A stretch of 64,000 nucleotides of DNA from an uncultured Gulosibacter sp. (GTDB taxonomy: Bacteria; Actinomycetota; Actinomycetes; Actinomycetales; Microbacteriaceae), in assembly GCA_964637095.1 (NCBI GenBank), contig CAZWTW010000006.1, forward strand, positions 2,074 through 66,073, in the 5' to 3' direction. Both the position numbers and the translations under genes were made by a program. The notes beneath the pieces are model-generated. The model did not search any database. It was not told the DNA's origin and saw only the letters and a program-made list of their open reading frames with translations. Each line of letters begins with the position of its first letter. Positions within the stretch are counted from its first letter, which is position 1. Positions 1 through 10,939 of the stretch are shown piece after piece.

Positions 1-302
1 GACAGAAAATCCGCATTCGGCTGAAGTCGTACGACCACGCCGGACTTGACGCCTCGGCACGCAAGATCGTTGACACCGTTACCCGTGCGGGTGCGACGGT
101 GGTTGGCCCCGTGCCGCTTCCCACGGAGAAGGATGTCATTGCTGTCATCCGCTCCCCTCACAAGTACAAGGACAGCCGCGAGCACTTTGAGAAGCGTACC
201 CACAAGCGTCTCATCGACATCATCGACCCGACTCCGAAGGCAGTCGACTCGCTGATGCGTCTCGACCTGCCCGAAGACGTTTCCATCGAAATCAAGCTCT
301 AA
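1..302 (+). CDS. rpsJ: 30S ribosomal protein S10, 5'-truncated by window edge
   Basis: Frame from base 3 reads [12 protein letters not shown]...GPVPLPT...[23 protein letters not shown]; stop TAA at 300-302. Confidence 0.98.
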   Translation, partial: QKIRIRLKSYDHAGLDASARKIVDTVTRAGATVVGPVPLPTEKDVIAVIRSPHKYKDSREHFEKRTHKRLIDIIDPTPKAVDSLMRLDLPEDVSIEIKL

Positions 303-312
303 GGACATCCGA

Positions 313-963
313 ATGACGAAGGTGAAGAACACCAAGGGTCTCTTGGGCGTCAAGCTCGGTATGACCCAGGCCTGGGACGCGAACAACAAGTTTGTTCCCG
401 TTACCGTTGTTGCCGTTAGCCCCAACGTGGTTACGCAGATCCGTACCCTCGAGGTTGACGGTTACGAGGCCGTACAGGTCGCCGCAGGCGCCATCGACCC
501 CCGCAAGGTAACCAAGCCCCTCGCAGGCCACTACGAGAAGGCTGGCGTTACCCCTCGCCGTCACGTTACGGAAATCCGTACCGCTGACACCGCTAACTAC
601 ACCGTTGGTCAGGAACTGACCGCCGAACTCTTCGAAGCCGGAGACGCCATTGACGTCGTCGGAACCTCGAAGGGTAAGGGTTTCGCCGGTGTCATGAAGC
701 GCCACAACTTCAAGGGTGTTTCCGCTTCGCACGGTTCGCACCGCAACCACCGCAAGCCCGGTTCGATCGGTGCTTCGTCGACCCCGTCGCGCGTCTTCAA
801 GGGCATGCGCATGGCTGGTCGTATGGGTGGCGACCGCGTGACCGTTCTTAACCTCTCGGTTCACGCAGTTGACGCCGAGCGCGGTCTCCTCCTCATCAAG
901 GGCGCGGTCCCCGGTGCTGCCGGTCGCCTCGTCTTCGTTCGCAACGCAGTGAAGGGAGCCTAA
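313..963 (+). CDS. rplC: 50S ribosomal protein L3
   Basis: [35 protein letters not shown]; S10 operon order. Confidence 0.98.
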   Translation: MTKVKNTKGLLGVKLGMTQAWDANNKFVPVTVVAVSPNVVTQIRTLEVDGYEAVQVAAGAIDPRKVTKPLAGHYEKAGVTPRRHVTEIRTADTANYTVGQELTAELFEAGDAIDVVGTSKGKGFAGVMKRHNFKGVSASHGSHRNHRKPGSIGASSTPSRVFKGMRMAGRMGGDRVTVLNLSVHAVDAERGLLLIKGAVPGAAGRLVFVRNAVKGA

Positions 964-968
964 AGACC

Positions 969-1613
969 ATGTCGCAGGTATCCATCGTTGACGCAGCCGG
1001 TAAGAAGACCGGTGCCGTTGAACTTCCCGCCGCGGTTTTCGCAGCGGATGTCAACGTCCACCTCATTCACCAGGTTGTCGTCGCGCAGCTCGCAGCTGCT
1101 CGTCAGGGCACGCACAAGACCAAGAACCGTGGAGAAGTTTCCGGCGCTGGTCGCAAGCCGTTCAAGCAGAAGGGAACCGGTCGCGCGCGTCAGGGTTCCG
1201 TTCGTGCACCCGAGCACCGCGGTGGTGGAGTCGTTCACGGCCCGACCCCGCGTGACTACTCGCAGCGCACCCCCAAGAAGATGATTGCCGCCGCACTCAA
1301 CGGAGCCCTCTCGGATCGCGCTCGCGCGGACCGCGTTCACGTCACGTCGGCGTTCGCCGGCATCGACGCTCCGTCGACCAAGGTTGCCTCGAAGCTCCTC
1401 GCCGACATGACGACCGGACCCCGCGTCCTCGTTGTTGTCGAGCGTGACGAGAACGTCGCGATCAAGAGCGTGCGCAACGTCATCGGCGTTCACACCATCA
1501 CCGTTGGCCAGCTCAACGCGTATGACGTGCTCCACGCTGACGATGTCGTCTTCACGCAGGGCGCTTACGAAGCGTTCGTCGCCACCAAGACCACGAAAGA
1601 GGTGTCCGCATGA
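969..1613 (+). CDS. rplD: 50S ribosomal protein L4
   Basis: [33 protein letters not shown]. Confidence 0.98.
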   Translation: MSQVSIVDAAGKKTGAVELPAAVFAADVNVHLIHQVVVAQLAAARQGTHKTKNRGEVSGAGRKPFKQKGTGRARQGSVRAPEHRGGGVVHGPTPRDYSQRTPKKMIAAALNGALSDRARADRVHVTSAFAGIDAPSTKVASKLLADMTTGPRVLVVVERDENVAIKSVRNVIGVHTITVGQLNAYDVLHADDVVFTQGAYEAFVATKTTKEVSA

Positions 1614-1921
1614 GCGTCCTCGCAGCAGCCCTGAACAAGGACCCGCGTGACATCATCGTCTCGCCGGTCGTGAGCGAGAAGTCCTACGGACTCATCGACG
1701 AGGGCAAGTACACCTTCGTTGTTGCTCCCGACGCCAACAAGACCGAGATCAAGCTCGCTATCGAAAAGATCTTCAACGTCAAGGTTGCGTCGGTCAACAC
1801 CCTCAACCGCCAGGGTAAGACCCGTCGCACGAAGTTTGGCATGGGAAAGCGCAAGGACACCAAGCGCGCCATCGTCACGCTGAAGTCGGGCACCATCGAC
1901 ATCTTCACGGCTGTCGGATAG
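1610..1921 (+). CDS. rplW: 50S ribosomal protein L23
   Basis: [31 protein letters not shown]; ATGA overlap with rplD. Confidence 0.97.
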   Translation: MSVLAAALNKDPRDIIVSPVVSEKSYGLIDEGKYTFVVAPDANKTEIKLAIEKIFNVKVASVNTLNRQGKTRRTKFGMGKRKDTKRAIVTLKSGTIDIFTAVG

Positions 1922-1940
1922 GGAATAGGACAGAAGAACA

Positions 1941-2777
1941 ATGGCTATTCGTAAGTACAAGCCCACTACCCCCGGCCGTCGCGGCTCGTCGGTAGCTGAC
2001 TTCGCCGAGATCACGCGATCGACGCCTGAGAAGTCGCTCCTCCGTCCGCTTCCCAAGACCGGTGGTCGTAACAACGCAGGTCGTATCACGACCCGCCACA
2101 TCGGTGGAGGCCACAAGCGCCAGTACCGCATCATCGACTTCCGTCGCAACGACAAGGATGGCGTGAACGCCAAGGTCGCTCACATCGAGTACGACCCCAA
2201 CCGCACCGCGCGTATCGCTCTCCTCCACTACGTGGATGGAACCAAGCGTTACATCATCGCCCCCAACAAGCTCAACCAGGGTGACATCGTTGAATCGGGT
2301 CCCTCGGCTGACATCAAGCCCGGCAACAACTTGCCTCTCCGTAACATCCCGGTCGGAACCGTGATCCACGCGATCGAACTCCGTCCCGGTGGTGGAGCGA
2401 AGATGGCACGTTCGGCTGGCGCATCGGTTCGTCTCGTTGCTAAGGACGGCCCCTACGCACAGCTTCGTTTGCCCTCGGGTGAAATCCGCAACGTCGACGC
2501 GCGCTGCCGCGCAACCGTCGGTGAGGTCGGAAACGCCGAACAGTCGAACATCAACTGGGGTAAGGCTGGCCGCATGCGCTGGAAGGGTGTTCGCCCGACC
2601 GTCCGTGGTGTCGCCATGAACCCGGTCGACCACCCGCACGGTGGTGGTGAGGGTAAGACCTCCGGTGGTCGTCACCCCGTCAGCCCGTGGGGTCAGGCCG
2701 AAGGCCGCACCCGCAAGGCCAACAAAGAGAGCAGCAAGCTCATCGTCCGTCGCCGCAACACCGGCAAGAAGCGTTAG
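1941..2777 (+). CDS. rplB: 50S ribosomal protein L2
   Basis: [39 protein letters not shown]. Confidence 0.99.
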   Translation: MAIRKYKPTTPGRRGSSVADFAEITRSTPEKSLLRPLPKTGGRNNAGRITTRHIGGGHKRQYRIIDFRRNDKDGVNAKVAHIEYDPNRTARIALLHYVDGTKRYIIAPNKLNQGDIVESGPSADIKPGNNLPLRNIPVGTVIHAIELRPGGGAKMARSAGASVRLVAKDGPYAQLRLPSGEIRNVDARCRATVGEVGNAEQSNINWGKAGRMRWKGVRPTVRGVAMNPVDHPHGGGEGKTSGGRHPVSPWGQAEGRTRKANKESSKLIVRRRNTGKKR

Positions 2778-2789
2778 TAGGAGCCCGGA

Positions 2790-3071
2790 ATGCCTCGTAG
2801 TCTCAAGAAGGGTCCCTTCGTCGACGACCACCTGTACCGCAAGGTCGTGGCCCAGAACGAAGTTGGCACCAAGAACGTTATCCGCACCTGGTCGCGTCGA
2901 TCGATGATCGTGCCCGCCATGCTCGGACACACCATCGCCGTTCACGACGGTCGCAAGCACGTCCCGGTGTTCGTCACCGAGACGATGGTCGGCCACAAGC
3001 TCGGCGAGTTCGCCCCCACCCGCACCTTCCGTTCGCACGTGAAGGACGACAAGAAGGGCCGTCGCCGCTAA
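2790..3071 (+). CDS. rpsS: 30S ribosomal protein S19
   Basis: [31 protein letters not shown]. Confidence 0.99.
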   Translation: MPRSLKKGPFVDDHLYRKVVAQNEVGTKNVIRTWSRRSMIVPAMLGHTIAVHDGRKHVPVFVTETMVGHKLGEFAPTRTFRSHVKDDKKGRRR

Positions 3072-3088
3072 GGCGAGGAGGGAACATC

Positions 3089-3469
3089 ATGGTTGAATCC
3101 ATCGCCAAGCTCAAGGGGATCCGCGTGACCCCGCAGAAGGCCCGTCGTGTTATCGAGATGGTCCGTGGCAAGCACGTTGAGGAAGCTCTTGCGATCCTCA
3201 AGTTCGCGCCGCAGGGTGCCTCGGAGCCCGTCCGCAAGCTCGTTGCGTCGGCTGTCGCGAATGCTCGCGTCACCGCTGACAAGGAAAACTTGCCCCTCAA
3301 CGAGTCGGAACTCGTCATCGACAAGATCTTCGTAGACGAAGGTCCCACGATGAAGCGTTTCCAGCCCCGTGCACAGGGTCGCGCTTTCCAGATCCTCAAG
3401 CGCACGAGCCACATCACCGTCGTGCTCAGCACGCCGGAAGCCCCGACCTCGAAGGCAGGTAAGAAGTAA
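3089..3469 (+). CDS. rplV: 50S ribosomal protein L22
   Basis: [37 protein letters not shown]. Confidence 0.98.
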   Translation: MVESIAKLKGIRVTPQKARRVIEMVRGKHVEEALAILKFAPQGASEPVRKLVASAVANARVTADKENLPLNESELVIDKIFVDEGPTMKRFQPRAQGRAFQILKRTSHITVVLSTPEAPTSKAGKK

Positions 3470-4242
3470 TGGGTCAGAAAGTACACCCCTACGGATTCCG
3501 CCTCGGAATCACGACCGACCACCGTTCGCAGTGGTTCTCGGACAGCAACAAGCCCGGTGAGCGTTACGCCGACTACGTTGCCGAAGACGTCACGCTTCGT
3601 CGCTTCCTCCAGGAGAAGCTCGACCGCGCCGGTGTCTCGCACATGGTCATCCGCCGTACGCGCGACCGCGTTGTCGTTGACGTTCACGTCGCCCGTCCCG
3701 GTGTGGCCATCGGCCGCCAGGGAACCGGACTCGACAAGCTTCGCGACGACGCTCGTGAGCTGACCGGCAAGGTCGTCATCATCAACGTCATCGAAGCGCT
3801 CAACCCCGAGGCAGACGCTCAGCTCGTCGCTCAGGGAATCGCCGAGCAGCTTTCGGCTCGTGTGGCTTTCCGCCGCGCGATGCGCAAGGGCCTCCAGGGC
3901 GCCCAGCGTGCCGGTGCCAAGGGTGTTCGCATCCAGGTGTCGGGTCGTCTCGGTGGTGCTGAAATGTCGCGTTCGGAGTTCTACCGTGAAGGTCGAGTTC
4001 CTCTCCACACGCTCCGCGCCAACATCGATTACGGCTTCTACGAGGCTCGTACGACCTTCGGTCGCATCGGTGTCAAGGTCTGGATCTACAAGGGCGACAT
4101 CACCAACAAGGAACTCGCGATCGAACAGGCTGCCCAGAAGGCTGCCCGTGGCGGACGCGACGGAAACCGCGGACCTCGCCGCAACACTGCACCTCGTGCA
4201 GAAGTTGCAGCTCCGGCCGCCAACGCAGGAACTGAGGCGTAA
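3469..4242 (+). CDS. rpsC: 30S ribosomal protein S3
   Basis: [50 protein letters not shown]. Confidence 0.98.
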   Translation: MGQKVHPYGFRLGITTDHRSQWFSDSNKPGERYADYVAEDVTLRRFLQEKLDRAGVSHMVIRRTRDRVVVDVHVARPGVAIGRQGTGLDKLRDDARELTGKVVIINVIEALNPEADAQLVAQGIAEQLSARVAFRRAMRKGLQGAQRAGAKGVRIQVSGRLGGAEMSRSEFYREGRVPLHTLRANIDYGFYEARTTFGRIGVKVWIYKGDITNKELAIEQAAQKAARGGRDGNRGPRRNTAPRAEVAAPAANAGTEA

Positions 4243-4245
4243 ATC

Positions 4246-4665
4246 ATGCTGATTCCCCGTAAGGTCAAGCACCGCAAGCAGCACCACCCGAAGCGTTCGG
4301 GTGCGGCTACCGGTGGAACCAAGGTGTCGTTCGGTGAGTTCGGTATTCAGGCCATCACGCCTGCATACGTCACCAACCGTCAGATCGAGTCCGCTCGTAT
4401 CGCCATGACCCGTCACATCAAGCGTGGTGGAAAGGTGTGGATCAACATCTACCCCGACCGTCCGCTGACCAAGAAGCCTGCGGAAACCCGAATGGGTTCC
4501 GGTAAGGGTTCGCCGGAGTGGTGGGTTGCCAACGTCAAGCCGGGCCGCGTCCTCTTCGAGGTCGCCGGTGTTTCCGAGGAACTCGCTCGCGAAGCAATGA
4601 CCCGTGCTATCCACAAGTTGCCGCTCAAGGCGCGCATCATCAAGCGTGAAGAGGGAGACGCATAA
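4246..4665 (+). CDS. rplP: 50S ribosomal protein L16
   Basis: [36 protein letters not shown]. Confidence 0.99.
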   Translation: MLIPRKVKHRKQHHPKRSGAATGGTKVSFGEFGIQAITPAYVTNRQIESARIAMTRHIKRGGKVWINIYPDRPLTKKPAETRMGSGKGSPEWWVANVKPGRVLFEVAGVSEELAREAMTRAIHKLPLKARIIKREEGDA

Positions 4666-4973
4666 TGGCGCTCGGAACCAAGACACTTCAGCCCGCTGAT
4701 CTCGACACGTTCGAGAACGAGCGCCTGGTTGACGAACTGAAGAAGGCGAAGGAAGAACTCTTCAACCTTCGTTTCCAGTCGGCCACCGGACAGCTGGAAA
4801 GCCACGGACGTGTCCGCGCCGTCAAGCGCGACATCGCCCGCATCTACACCATCATTCGCGAGCGCGAGCTCGGCCTGCGCACGGTCCCCGTTGCACCGGC
4901 AAAGCCCGCGAAGGCCGCCTCGAAGGCCAAGGCAAGCGAAGAGACCGCTGAGACCGTTGAGGAGACCAAGTAA
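4665..4973 (+). CDS. rpmC: 50S ribosomal protein L29 with Ala/Lys/Glu-rich C-terminal tail
   Basis: [26 protein letters not shown]. Confidence 0.97.
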   Translation: MALGTKTLQPADLDTFENERLVDELKKAKEELFNLRFQSATGQLESHGRVRAVKRDIARIYTIIRERELGLRTVPVAPAKPAKAASKAKASEETAETVEETK

Positions 4974-5260
4974 TGGCTGCAGAGAAGAAGGTCGAAGCTT
5001 CGACCGAAGCACGCAACTACCGTAAGACCCGTCGTGGTTTGGTTGTCAGCGACAAGATGGACAAGACCATCACCGTCGTGATCGAGACCCGTGTCAAGCA
5101 CCCGCTTTACGGCAAGGTCATGAGCCGCTCGTCGAAGGTCAAGGCCCACGACGAAACCAACTCGGCCGGCATTGGTGACCTCGTCATCATCGCCGAGACC
5201 CGTCCGCTGTCGGCCACGAAGAACTGGCGACTCGTCGAGATCGTGGAGAAGGCGAAGTAA
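4973..5260 (+). CDS. rpsQ: 30S ribosomal protein S17
   Basis: [33 protein letters not shown]. Confidence 0.98.
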   Translation: MAAEKKVEASTEARNYRKTRRGLVVSDKMDKTITVVIETRVKHPLYGKVMSRSSKVKAHDETNSAGIGDLVIIAETRPLSATKNWRLVEIVEKAK

Positions 5261-5286
5261 TTCGCCTCTCGTACTAGGAGAACAAC

Positions 5287-5658
5287 ATGCTTCAACAGGA
5301 ATCCCGACTTAAGGTTGCCGACAACACCGGCGCCAAGGAGCTGCTCACCATTCGTGTGCTCGGCGGCTCAACTCGCCGTTACGCGAGCCTTGGTGACATC
5401 ATCGTCGCAACCGTCAAGGACGCTATCCCCGGCGGAAACGTCAAGAAGGGTGAGGTCGTCAAGGCCGTCATCGTTCGCACCGTCAAAGAAGTTCGTCGCG
5501 CAGATGGCTCGTACATCAAGTTCGACGAAAACGCAGCGGTCCTCATCAAGAACAAGGAAGGCGAGCCGCGCGGTACGCGTATCTTCGGCCCCGTCGGTCG
5601 CGAACTCCGTGACAAGAAGTTCATGAAGATCGTTTCGCTCGCACCGGAGGTGATTTAG
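5287..5658 (+). CDS. rplN: 50S ribosomal protein L14
   Basis: [29 protein letters not shown]; SD AGGAG upstream. Confidence 0.99.
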   Translation: MLQQESRLKVADNTGAKELLTIRVLGGSTRRYASLGDIIVATVKDAIPGGNVKKGEVVKAVIVRTVKEVRRADGSYIKFDENAAVLIKNKEGEPRGTRIFGPVGRELRDKKFMKIVSLAPEVI

Positions 5659-5662
5659 TTCC

Positions 5663-6010
5663 ATGCAGAACATCAAAAAGGGTGACACTGTCATCGTTAT
5701 CAGCGGCAAGCGCCAGTACAAGGGCAAGACCGGCGAGGTCCTCGAAGTCCTCGTTGAGTCGAACCGCGTACTCGTTCAGGGCATCAACATGGTGACCAAG
5801 CACGTCAAGGCTGGTCAGACCGCTCGCGGTACGACCACCGGTGGCATCGAGACCGTTGAGTCGCCGATCCACGTGTCGAACGTCGCGCTCGTCGACCCCA
5901 AGACCAAGAAGGCAACTCGCGTTGGCTTCCGTACCGAAACCGTTACCAAGAACGGTGTAGCGAAGACGGTTCGTGTTCGTTACGCAAAGAAGTCAGGTGA
6001 AAAGATCTAA
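5663..6010 (+). CDS. rplX: 50S ribosomal protein L24
   Basis: [15 protein letters not shown] motif, ESPIHVSNV. Confidence 0.97.
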   Translation: MQNIKKGDTVIVISGKRQYKGKTGEVLEVLVESNRVLVQGINMVTKHVKAGQTARGTTTGGIETVESPIHVSNVALVDPKTKKATRVGFRTETVTKNGVAKTVRVRYAKKSGEKI

Positions 6011-6588
6011 TGACCGCTACTGCAGCTGCCGCGGCTGGCAAAATCCAGCCCCGCCTCAAGGCTAAGTACCGTGCCGACATTGTCGCTGCGTTGACCAAGG
6101 AGTTCGGTTACACGAACCCCCACCAGGTCCCTCGCCTCGTCAAGGTCGTTGTGAACACCGGTGTCGGTGAAGCAGCACGTGACTCGAAGGTTATCGATGG
6201 GGCCGTTCGCGACCTCACGCAGATCACCGGTCAGAAGCCCGTCGTCACCAAGGCGCGCAAGTCGATCGCACAGTTCAAGCTGCGCGAGGGCATGCCGATT
6301 GGTGCACACGTCACTCTTCGTGGCGACCGTGCGTGGGAATTCGTCGACCGTCTCGTGACGCTCGCTCTTCCCCGTATCCGTGACTTCCGTGGCCTCTCGC
6401 CGCGTCAGTTCGACGGAAACGGTAACTACACCTTCGGTCTCCAGGAGCAGTCAGTGTTCCACGAGATCAACCAGGACAAGATCGACCGCGTTCGTGGTTT
6501 CGACATCACCGTCGTCACCACCGCCAAGACCGACGATGAAGGCCGCGCGTTCCTCCGCGAACTCGGCTTCCCCTTCATCGCACAGTAA
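6010..6588 (+). CDS. rplE: 50S ribosomal protein L5
   Basis: [38 protein letters not shown]. Confidence 0.99.
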   Translation: MTATAAAAAGKIQPRLKAKYRADIVAALTKEFGYTNPHQVPRLVKVVVNTGVGEAARDSKVIDGAVRDLTQITGQKPVVTKARKSIAQFKLREGMPIGAHVTLRGDRAWEFVDRLVTLALPRIRDFRGLSPRQFDGNGNYTFGLQEQSVFHEINQDKIDRVRGFDITVVTTAKTDDEGRAFLRELGFPFIAQ

Positions 6589-6595
6589 ACCACCA

Positions 6596-6639
6596 CTGTC
6601 TAGGTCTGCACCCGCGTAACGGGTGGAGAAACCGGGCGG
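6596..6639 (+). promoter_or_regulatory. Stem-loop resembling the 16S rRNA helix-21 S8-binding site; candidate S8 autogenous operator
   Basis: CUGUCU/GGGCGG lower stem, bulged A6602, GG-UCU paired with AGA-(AA)-CC, upper stem CACCCG/CGGGUG; lies 19 nt before the rpsH start. Confidence 0.6.
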
Positions 6640-6658
6640 AGAACAGGAAAACACAACA

Positions 6659-7057
6659 ATGACAATGACAGATCCGGTCGCAGACTTGCTGACCCGACTG
6701 CGTAACGCGTCGCGTGCACACCACGACGCCGTCACGTTGCCCTCGAGCACGATCAAGGCGGGAATCGCCGAGATCCTCAAGCGCGAAGGTTACGTTTCGG
6801 ACTGGAAGGTTGAGCCCGCTCGCGTAGGAAACGCACTCACCATCACGCTGAAGTACGGCAACGAGCGCAAGGCGGCCATCTCTGGCCTCAAGCGCGTCTC
6901 GAAGCCCGGTCTTCGCGTGTACGCAAAGTCGACCGAGCTCCCCAGCGTTCTCGGCGGACTCGGCGTCGCCATCCTGTCCACCTCGTCGGGCCTCCTCACG
7001 GACCGCGAAGCGCAGAAGAAGGGCGTGGGTGGGGAAGTCCTCGCCTACGTGTGGTAA
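6659..7057 (+). CDS. rpsH: 30S ribosomal protein S8
   Basis: [39 protein letters not shown]; start set at ATG 6659 after AGGA. Confidence 0.98.
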   Translation: MTMTDPVADLLTRLRNASRAHHDAVTLPSSTIKAGIAEILKREGYVSDWKVEPARVGNALTITLKYGNERKAAISGLKRVSKPGLRVYAKSTELPSVLGGLGVAILSTSSGLLTDREAQKKGVGGEVLAYVW

Positions 7058-7063
7058 CCGATC

Positions 7064-7600
7064 ATGTCGCGTATTGGTCGTCTTCCTATCGAAATCCCCA
7101 GCGGCGTCACCGTTTCGGTCGCCGACTCGGTCGTGTCGGTCAAGGGCCCCAAGGGTGAACTGACCGTCAACGTCGCATCGCCGATCAACGTTGTTATTGA
7201 AGACAACCAGGTCGTCGTTACCCGTCCCGACGACGAGCGCGCTTCGCGTTCGCTCCACGGACTCACCCGTACCCTCATCGCCAACGACATCGTCGGCGTG
7301 ACCACCGGGTACACCAAGGCTCTCGAGATCGTCGGTACTGGTTACCGCGTTGCCGCGAAGGGTGCAGGCATTGAGTTTGCGCTCGGCTACTCGCACCCCA
7401 TCACCGTTGACCCGCCGGCTGGCATCACGCTCGCCGTCGAGGGAAACAACAAGGTCATCGTTTCGGGTATCTCGAAGCAGGCCGTCGGTGAGGTTGCTGC
7501 AAACATCCGTAAGCTCCGCAAGCCTGAACCCTACAAGGGCAAGGGTGTTCGTTACGAGGGCGAAGTCGTCCGTCGTAAGGCCGGAAAGGCTGGTAAGTAA
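7064..7600 (+). CDS. rplF: 50S ribosomal protein L6
   Basis: [33 protein letters not shown]. Confidence 0.99.
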   Translation: MSRIGRLPIEIPSGVTVSVADSVVSVKGPKGELTVNVASPINVVIEDNQVVVTRPDDERASRSLHGLTRTLIANDIVGVTTGYTKALEIVGTGYRVAAKGAGIEFALGYSHPITVDPPAGITLAVEGNNKVIVSGISKQAVGEVAANIRKLRKPEPYKGKGVRYEGEVVRRKAGKAGK

Positions 7601-7602
7601 CC

Positions 7603-7962
7603 ATGGCTACTACCTCAAAGTCCGAGCAGCGTACGCGCCGCCACTTCCGTCTTCGCAAGAAGATCAACGGAACCGACGCGCGTCCCCGTCTCGTTGTAAC
7701 CCGTTCCGCTCGTCACCTGTTCGTTCAGGTTGTCGACGACACCAAGGGTCACACCATCGCGTCGGCATCGACCATGGAAGCTGACTTCCGCGCCTCGAAG
7801 GACGACAAGTCCGCCAAGGCCAAGAAGATCGGTGAATTGGTCGCCGAGCGCGCGAAGAAGGCCGGCGTTACCGCTGTTGTCTTCGACCGTGGTGGAAACC
7901 GTTATGCCGGTCGCGTTGCCGCGGTCGCCGAAGGCGCACGAGAGGCAGGGCTGACACTGTGA
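7603..7962 (+). CDS. rplR: 50S ribosomal protein L18
   Basis: [30 protein letters not shown]. Confidence 0.98.
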   Translation: MATTSKSEQRTRRHFRLRKKINGTDARPRLVVTRSARHLFVQVVDDTKGHTIASASTMEADFRASKDDKSAKAKKIGELVAERAKKAGVTAVVFDRGGNRYAGRVAAVAEGAREAGLTL

Positions 7963-8669
7963 GCGAAGAAACAAAGGACAACAACGTGTCTGTTGACGAG
8001 TCGACTGCTGTTGAAGCAGTAGAAACCGAAACCGCAGAACAGGCTCCTCGTGGAGGAGCCCGTGGCGGACGTGGCGGCGACAACCGTGGTGGCCGTGGTG
8101 GCCGCGATGGTGGCCGTGGCGGTCGCGAGGTCGAGAAGAGCCCCTTCCTTGAGAAGGTCGTCGCGATCAACCGCGTTTCGAAGGTTGTGAAGGGTGGACG
8201 TCGTTTCGCCTTCACCGCTCTCGTCGTCGTCGGTGACGGAAACGGAATGGTCGGTGTCGGTTACGGCAAGGCCCGCGAAGTTCCCCTCGCCATCTCGAAG
8301 GGCGTCGAGGACGCGAAGAAGAACTTCTTCCGCGTTCCCCGCACGGGCGCAACCATCCCGCACCCCGTCCAGGGTGAAGCGGCAGCCGGAGTTGTTTTGC
8401 TCCGTCCCGCTTCGGCTGGTACCGGTGTTATCGCTGGTGGTCCCGTCCGCGCCGTTCTCGAGTGCGCCGGTATCCACGATGTCTTGAGCAAGTCGCTCGG
8501 TTCGTCGAACACCATCAACATCGTCCACGCAACGGTTGCCGCTCTCAAGCAGCTCGAAGAGCCTCGTGCAGTTGCTGCCCGTCGCGGACTCGAGTTCGAC
8601 GAGATCGCCCCCGCGCGTCTCATCCGTGCCGAGGCTGACGCCGCGGCCGCTGCAAAGGCAGGCGCATAA
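7959..8669 (+). CDS. rpsE: 30S ribosomal protein S5 with acidic and RGG-rich N-terminal extension
   Basis: [38 protein letters not shown]; GTG start. Confidence 0.98.
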   Translation: MSEETKDNNVSVDESTAVEAVETETAEQAPRGGARGGRGGDNRGGRGGRDGGRGGREVEKSPFLEKVVAINRVSKVVKGGRRFAFTALVVVGDGNGMVGVGYGKAREVPLAISKGVEDAKKNFFRVPRTGATIPHPVQGEAAAGVVLLRPASAGTGVIAGGPVRAVLECAGIHDVLSKSLGSSNTINIVHATVAALKQLEEPRAVAARRGLEFDEIAPARLIRAEADAAAAAKAGA

Positions 8670-8851
8670 TGGCCCAGCTCAAGATCACCCAGATCAAGTC
8701 CGTTATCAGCGAGAAGCAGAACCAGCGTGACACGCTGCGCAGCCTCGGACTGAAGCGCATCGGTCAGACGGTTCTCCGTCCGGATGACGCCGCAAACCGC
8801 GGTTACGTTCGCACCGTTGCGCACCTCGTCACTGTTGAGGAAGTGAAGTAA
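8669..8851 (+). CDS. rpmD: 50S ribosomal protein L30
   Basis: [27 protein letters not shown]. Confidence 0.97.
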   Translation: MAQLKITQIKSVISEKQNQRDTLRSLGLKRIGQTVLRPDDAANRGYVRTVAHLVTVEEVK

Positions 8852-9528
8852 TGGCTGAAGAAAAGAAGCCCGCCGCGAAGCCCGCGGCTGCGAAGGCTCC
8901 TGCGGCTAAGGCCGCCGCGAAGCCGGCTGCTGCTAAGGCTCCCGCCGCTAAGGCGCCTGCTGCTAAGGCTCCCGCCAAGGCCGCTGCCAAGCCCGCCGCT
9001 GAAAAGGCAGAAGAGAAGGCCCCCGCGGCCAAGGCTCCTGCTGCGAAGTCGGCTGCAAAGGCTCCCGCCAAGAAGGAATCGGGCGAGAAGGTTCAGGTGC
9101 TCAAGCTGCACCACCTCCGTCCCGCTCCCGGCTCGAAGAAGGAACGCACCCGTGTTGGTCGCGGTGAAGGATCCAAGGGTAAGACCGCGGGTCGTGGAAC
9201 CAAGGGAACGAAGGCTCGTTACCAGGTTCGCTCCGGCCTCGAAGGTGGAAACCTCAACTTCGTCATGCGTACCCCCAAGCTGCGCGGGTTCACCAACCCG
9301 TTCCGCGTGGAGTACCAGGTTGTCAACCTCGACCGTATCTCCGAGCTCTACCCCAAGGGTGGCGATGTAACCATCGCTGACCTCGTGGCCAAGGGCGCCG
9401 TTCGCAAGAACGAGAAGGTCAAGGTTCTCGGCAACGGCGACATCGCCGTCAAGGTCACCGTTTCGGTGGACAAGGTGTCGAAGTCGGCCGAACAGAAGAT
9501 CGTCGCCGCAGGCGGTTCGATCAAGTAG
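8851..9528 (+). CDS. rplO: 50S ribosomal protein L15 with ~75 aa Ala/Lys/Pro N-terminal extension
   Basis: [43 protein letters not shown]. Confidence 0.97.
   Translation: MAEEKKPAAKPAAAKAPAAKAAAKPAAAKAPAAKAPAAKAPAKAAAKPAAEKAEEKAPAAKAPAAKSAAKAPAKKESGEKVQVLKLHHLRPAPGSKKERTRVGRGEGSKGKTAGRGTKGTKARYQVRSGLEGGNLNFVMRTPKLRGFTNPFRVEYQVVNLDRISELYPKGGDVTIADLVAKGAVRKNEKVKVLGNGDIAVKVTVSVDKVSKSAEQKIVAAGGSIK
8866..9075 (+). repeat. Degenerate in-frame tandem repeats (~15 bp unit, [10 protein letters not shown]) in the rplO 5' end
   Basis: Recurrent AAG GCT CCY GCN GCN units encoding [38 protein letters not shown]. Confidence 0.85.
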
Positions 9529-9533
9529 TTTTC

Positions 9534-9565
9534 GAGACGGGTCGGGCTCTCGCCCGGCCCGTTTC
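9534..9565 (+). terminator. Strong hairpin between rplO and secY (terminator/attenuator or processing site)
   Basis: GAGACGGGTCGGGC-TCTC-GCCCGGCCCGTTTC. Confidence 0.65.
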
Positions 9566-9613
9566 TACTACTGTTAGTAACGGTGGCCAGAAGGTCACAA
9601 CTCAGGAGGCCCA

Positions 9614-10939
9614 GTGTTTAGCGCAATTCGACGCATTTTCAGCACCCCCGACCTGCGTCGCAAGCTCGGCTTCACGCTGTTCATCGTCGTGCTGTTCCGC
9701 CTCGGCTCCTTTATCCCCGCGCCGTTCGTCGACTACGTCAACGTCCAGGCCTGTCTTGCGGGAAGTGCCGGTACGAACGGCATTTACGAACTCGTCAACT
9801 TGTTCTCGGGTGGCGCGCTTCTTCAGCTCTCCATTTTTGCGCTCGGAATCATGCCGTACATCACGGCGTCGATCATCACCCAGCTGCTTCGCGTTGTCAT
9901 TCCTCGCTTCGAGACCCTTCACAAGGAGGGCCAGGCCGGCCAGGCAAAGATGACGCAGTACACGCGTTACATCACGCTCGGACTCGGAATCCTCCAGTCG
10001 ACCACTCTTGTCACGGTTGCCCGCAGCGGCCAGTTGTTCGGTTCGTCCTCGGGTATCCCCGAGTGCAGCCAACTCATCACCAACGACGCGTGGTACTCGA
10101 TTCTTCTCATGGTCATCACGATGACCGCCGGAACGGGCCTCATCATGTGGTTCGGCGAAATGGTCACCGAGCGCGGTATCGGTAACGGTATGTCGCTCCT
10201 CATCTTCGCGTCGATCGCCGCCGGCTTCCCGACCTCGCTCTGGGCAATCCAGCGCTCGCAGGGCTTCAACGTCTTCGTGCTCGTCTTGGCAATCGGTATC
10301 GTCATCATGGCCGCCGTCGTCTTCGTCGAGCAGTCGCAGCGACGCATCCCGGTTCAGTACGCAAAGCGCGTCGTCGGAACTCGTACCTACGGTGGCTCGA
10401 GCACGTACATTCCGATCAAGGTCAACATGGCCGGTGTCGTCCCCGTCATCTTCGCGTCGTCGCTCCTGTACTTGCCCGCGCTCATCGCACAGTTCAACCA
10501 GCCCGTCGCGGGCCAGACCGCACCCGATTGGGTTCTGTGGATCAGCGCCAACCTCGCGAACGGAAACCAGCCGCTCTACATCGTGCTGTTCTTCCTCCTC
10601 ATCGTCGGCTTCACCTACTTCTATGTTGCAATCACCTTCAACCCGGTTGAGGTCGCCGACAACATGAAGCAGTACGGCGGATTCATCCCCGGTATCCGCG
10701 CTGGTCGTCCGACCGCCGAGTACTTGGACTACGTCCTCACGCGCGTGACTCTGCCCGGTGCGTTGTACCTCGGCATCGTCGCGCTCATCCCGCTCATTGC
10801 ACTCGCGACCATCGGCGCAAACCAGAACTTCCCGTTCGGTGGAACGTCAATCCTCATCATCGTCGGTGTCGGTCTTGAGACCGTCAAGCAGATCGATGCG
10901 CAGCTGCAGCAGCGTCACTACGAAGGCTTGCTCCAGTAA
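9614..10939 (+). CDS. secY: Preprotein translocase subunit SecY
   Basis: LFSGGAL, SIFALGIMPYITASII, GIGNGMSL, GGFIPGIRAG, GGTSILIIVGV; SD AGGAGG. Confidence 0.99.
   Translation: MFSAIRRIFSTPDLRRKLGFTLFIVVLFRLGSFIPAPFVDYVNVQACLAGSAGTNGIYELVNLFSGGALLQLSIFALGIMPYITASIITQLLRVVIPRFETLHKEGQAGQAKMTQYTRYITLGLGILQSTTLVTVARSGQLFGSSSGIPECSQLITNDAWYSILLMVITMTAGTGLIMWFGEMVTERGIGNGMSLLIFASIAAGFPTSLWAIQRSQGFNVFVLVLAIGIVIMAAVVFVEQSQRRIPVQYAKRVVGTRTYGGSSTYIPIKVNMAGVVPVIFASSLLYLPALIAQFNQPVAGQTAPDWVLWISANLANGNQPLYIVLFFLLIVGFTYFYVAITFNPVEVADNMKQYGGFIPGIRAGRPTAEYLDYVLTRVTLPGALYLGIVALIPLIALATIGANQNFPFGGTSILIIVGVGLETVKQIDAQLQQRHYEGLLQ

Noticed and set aside
8866-9075. Tandem repeats as a CRISPR-like array or VNTR
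   Set aside because: In-frame, synonymously variable coding repeats with no spacers and no cas genes.
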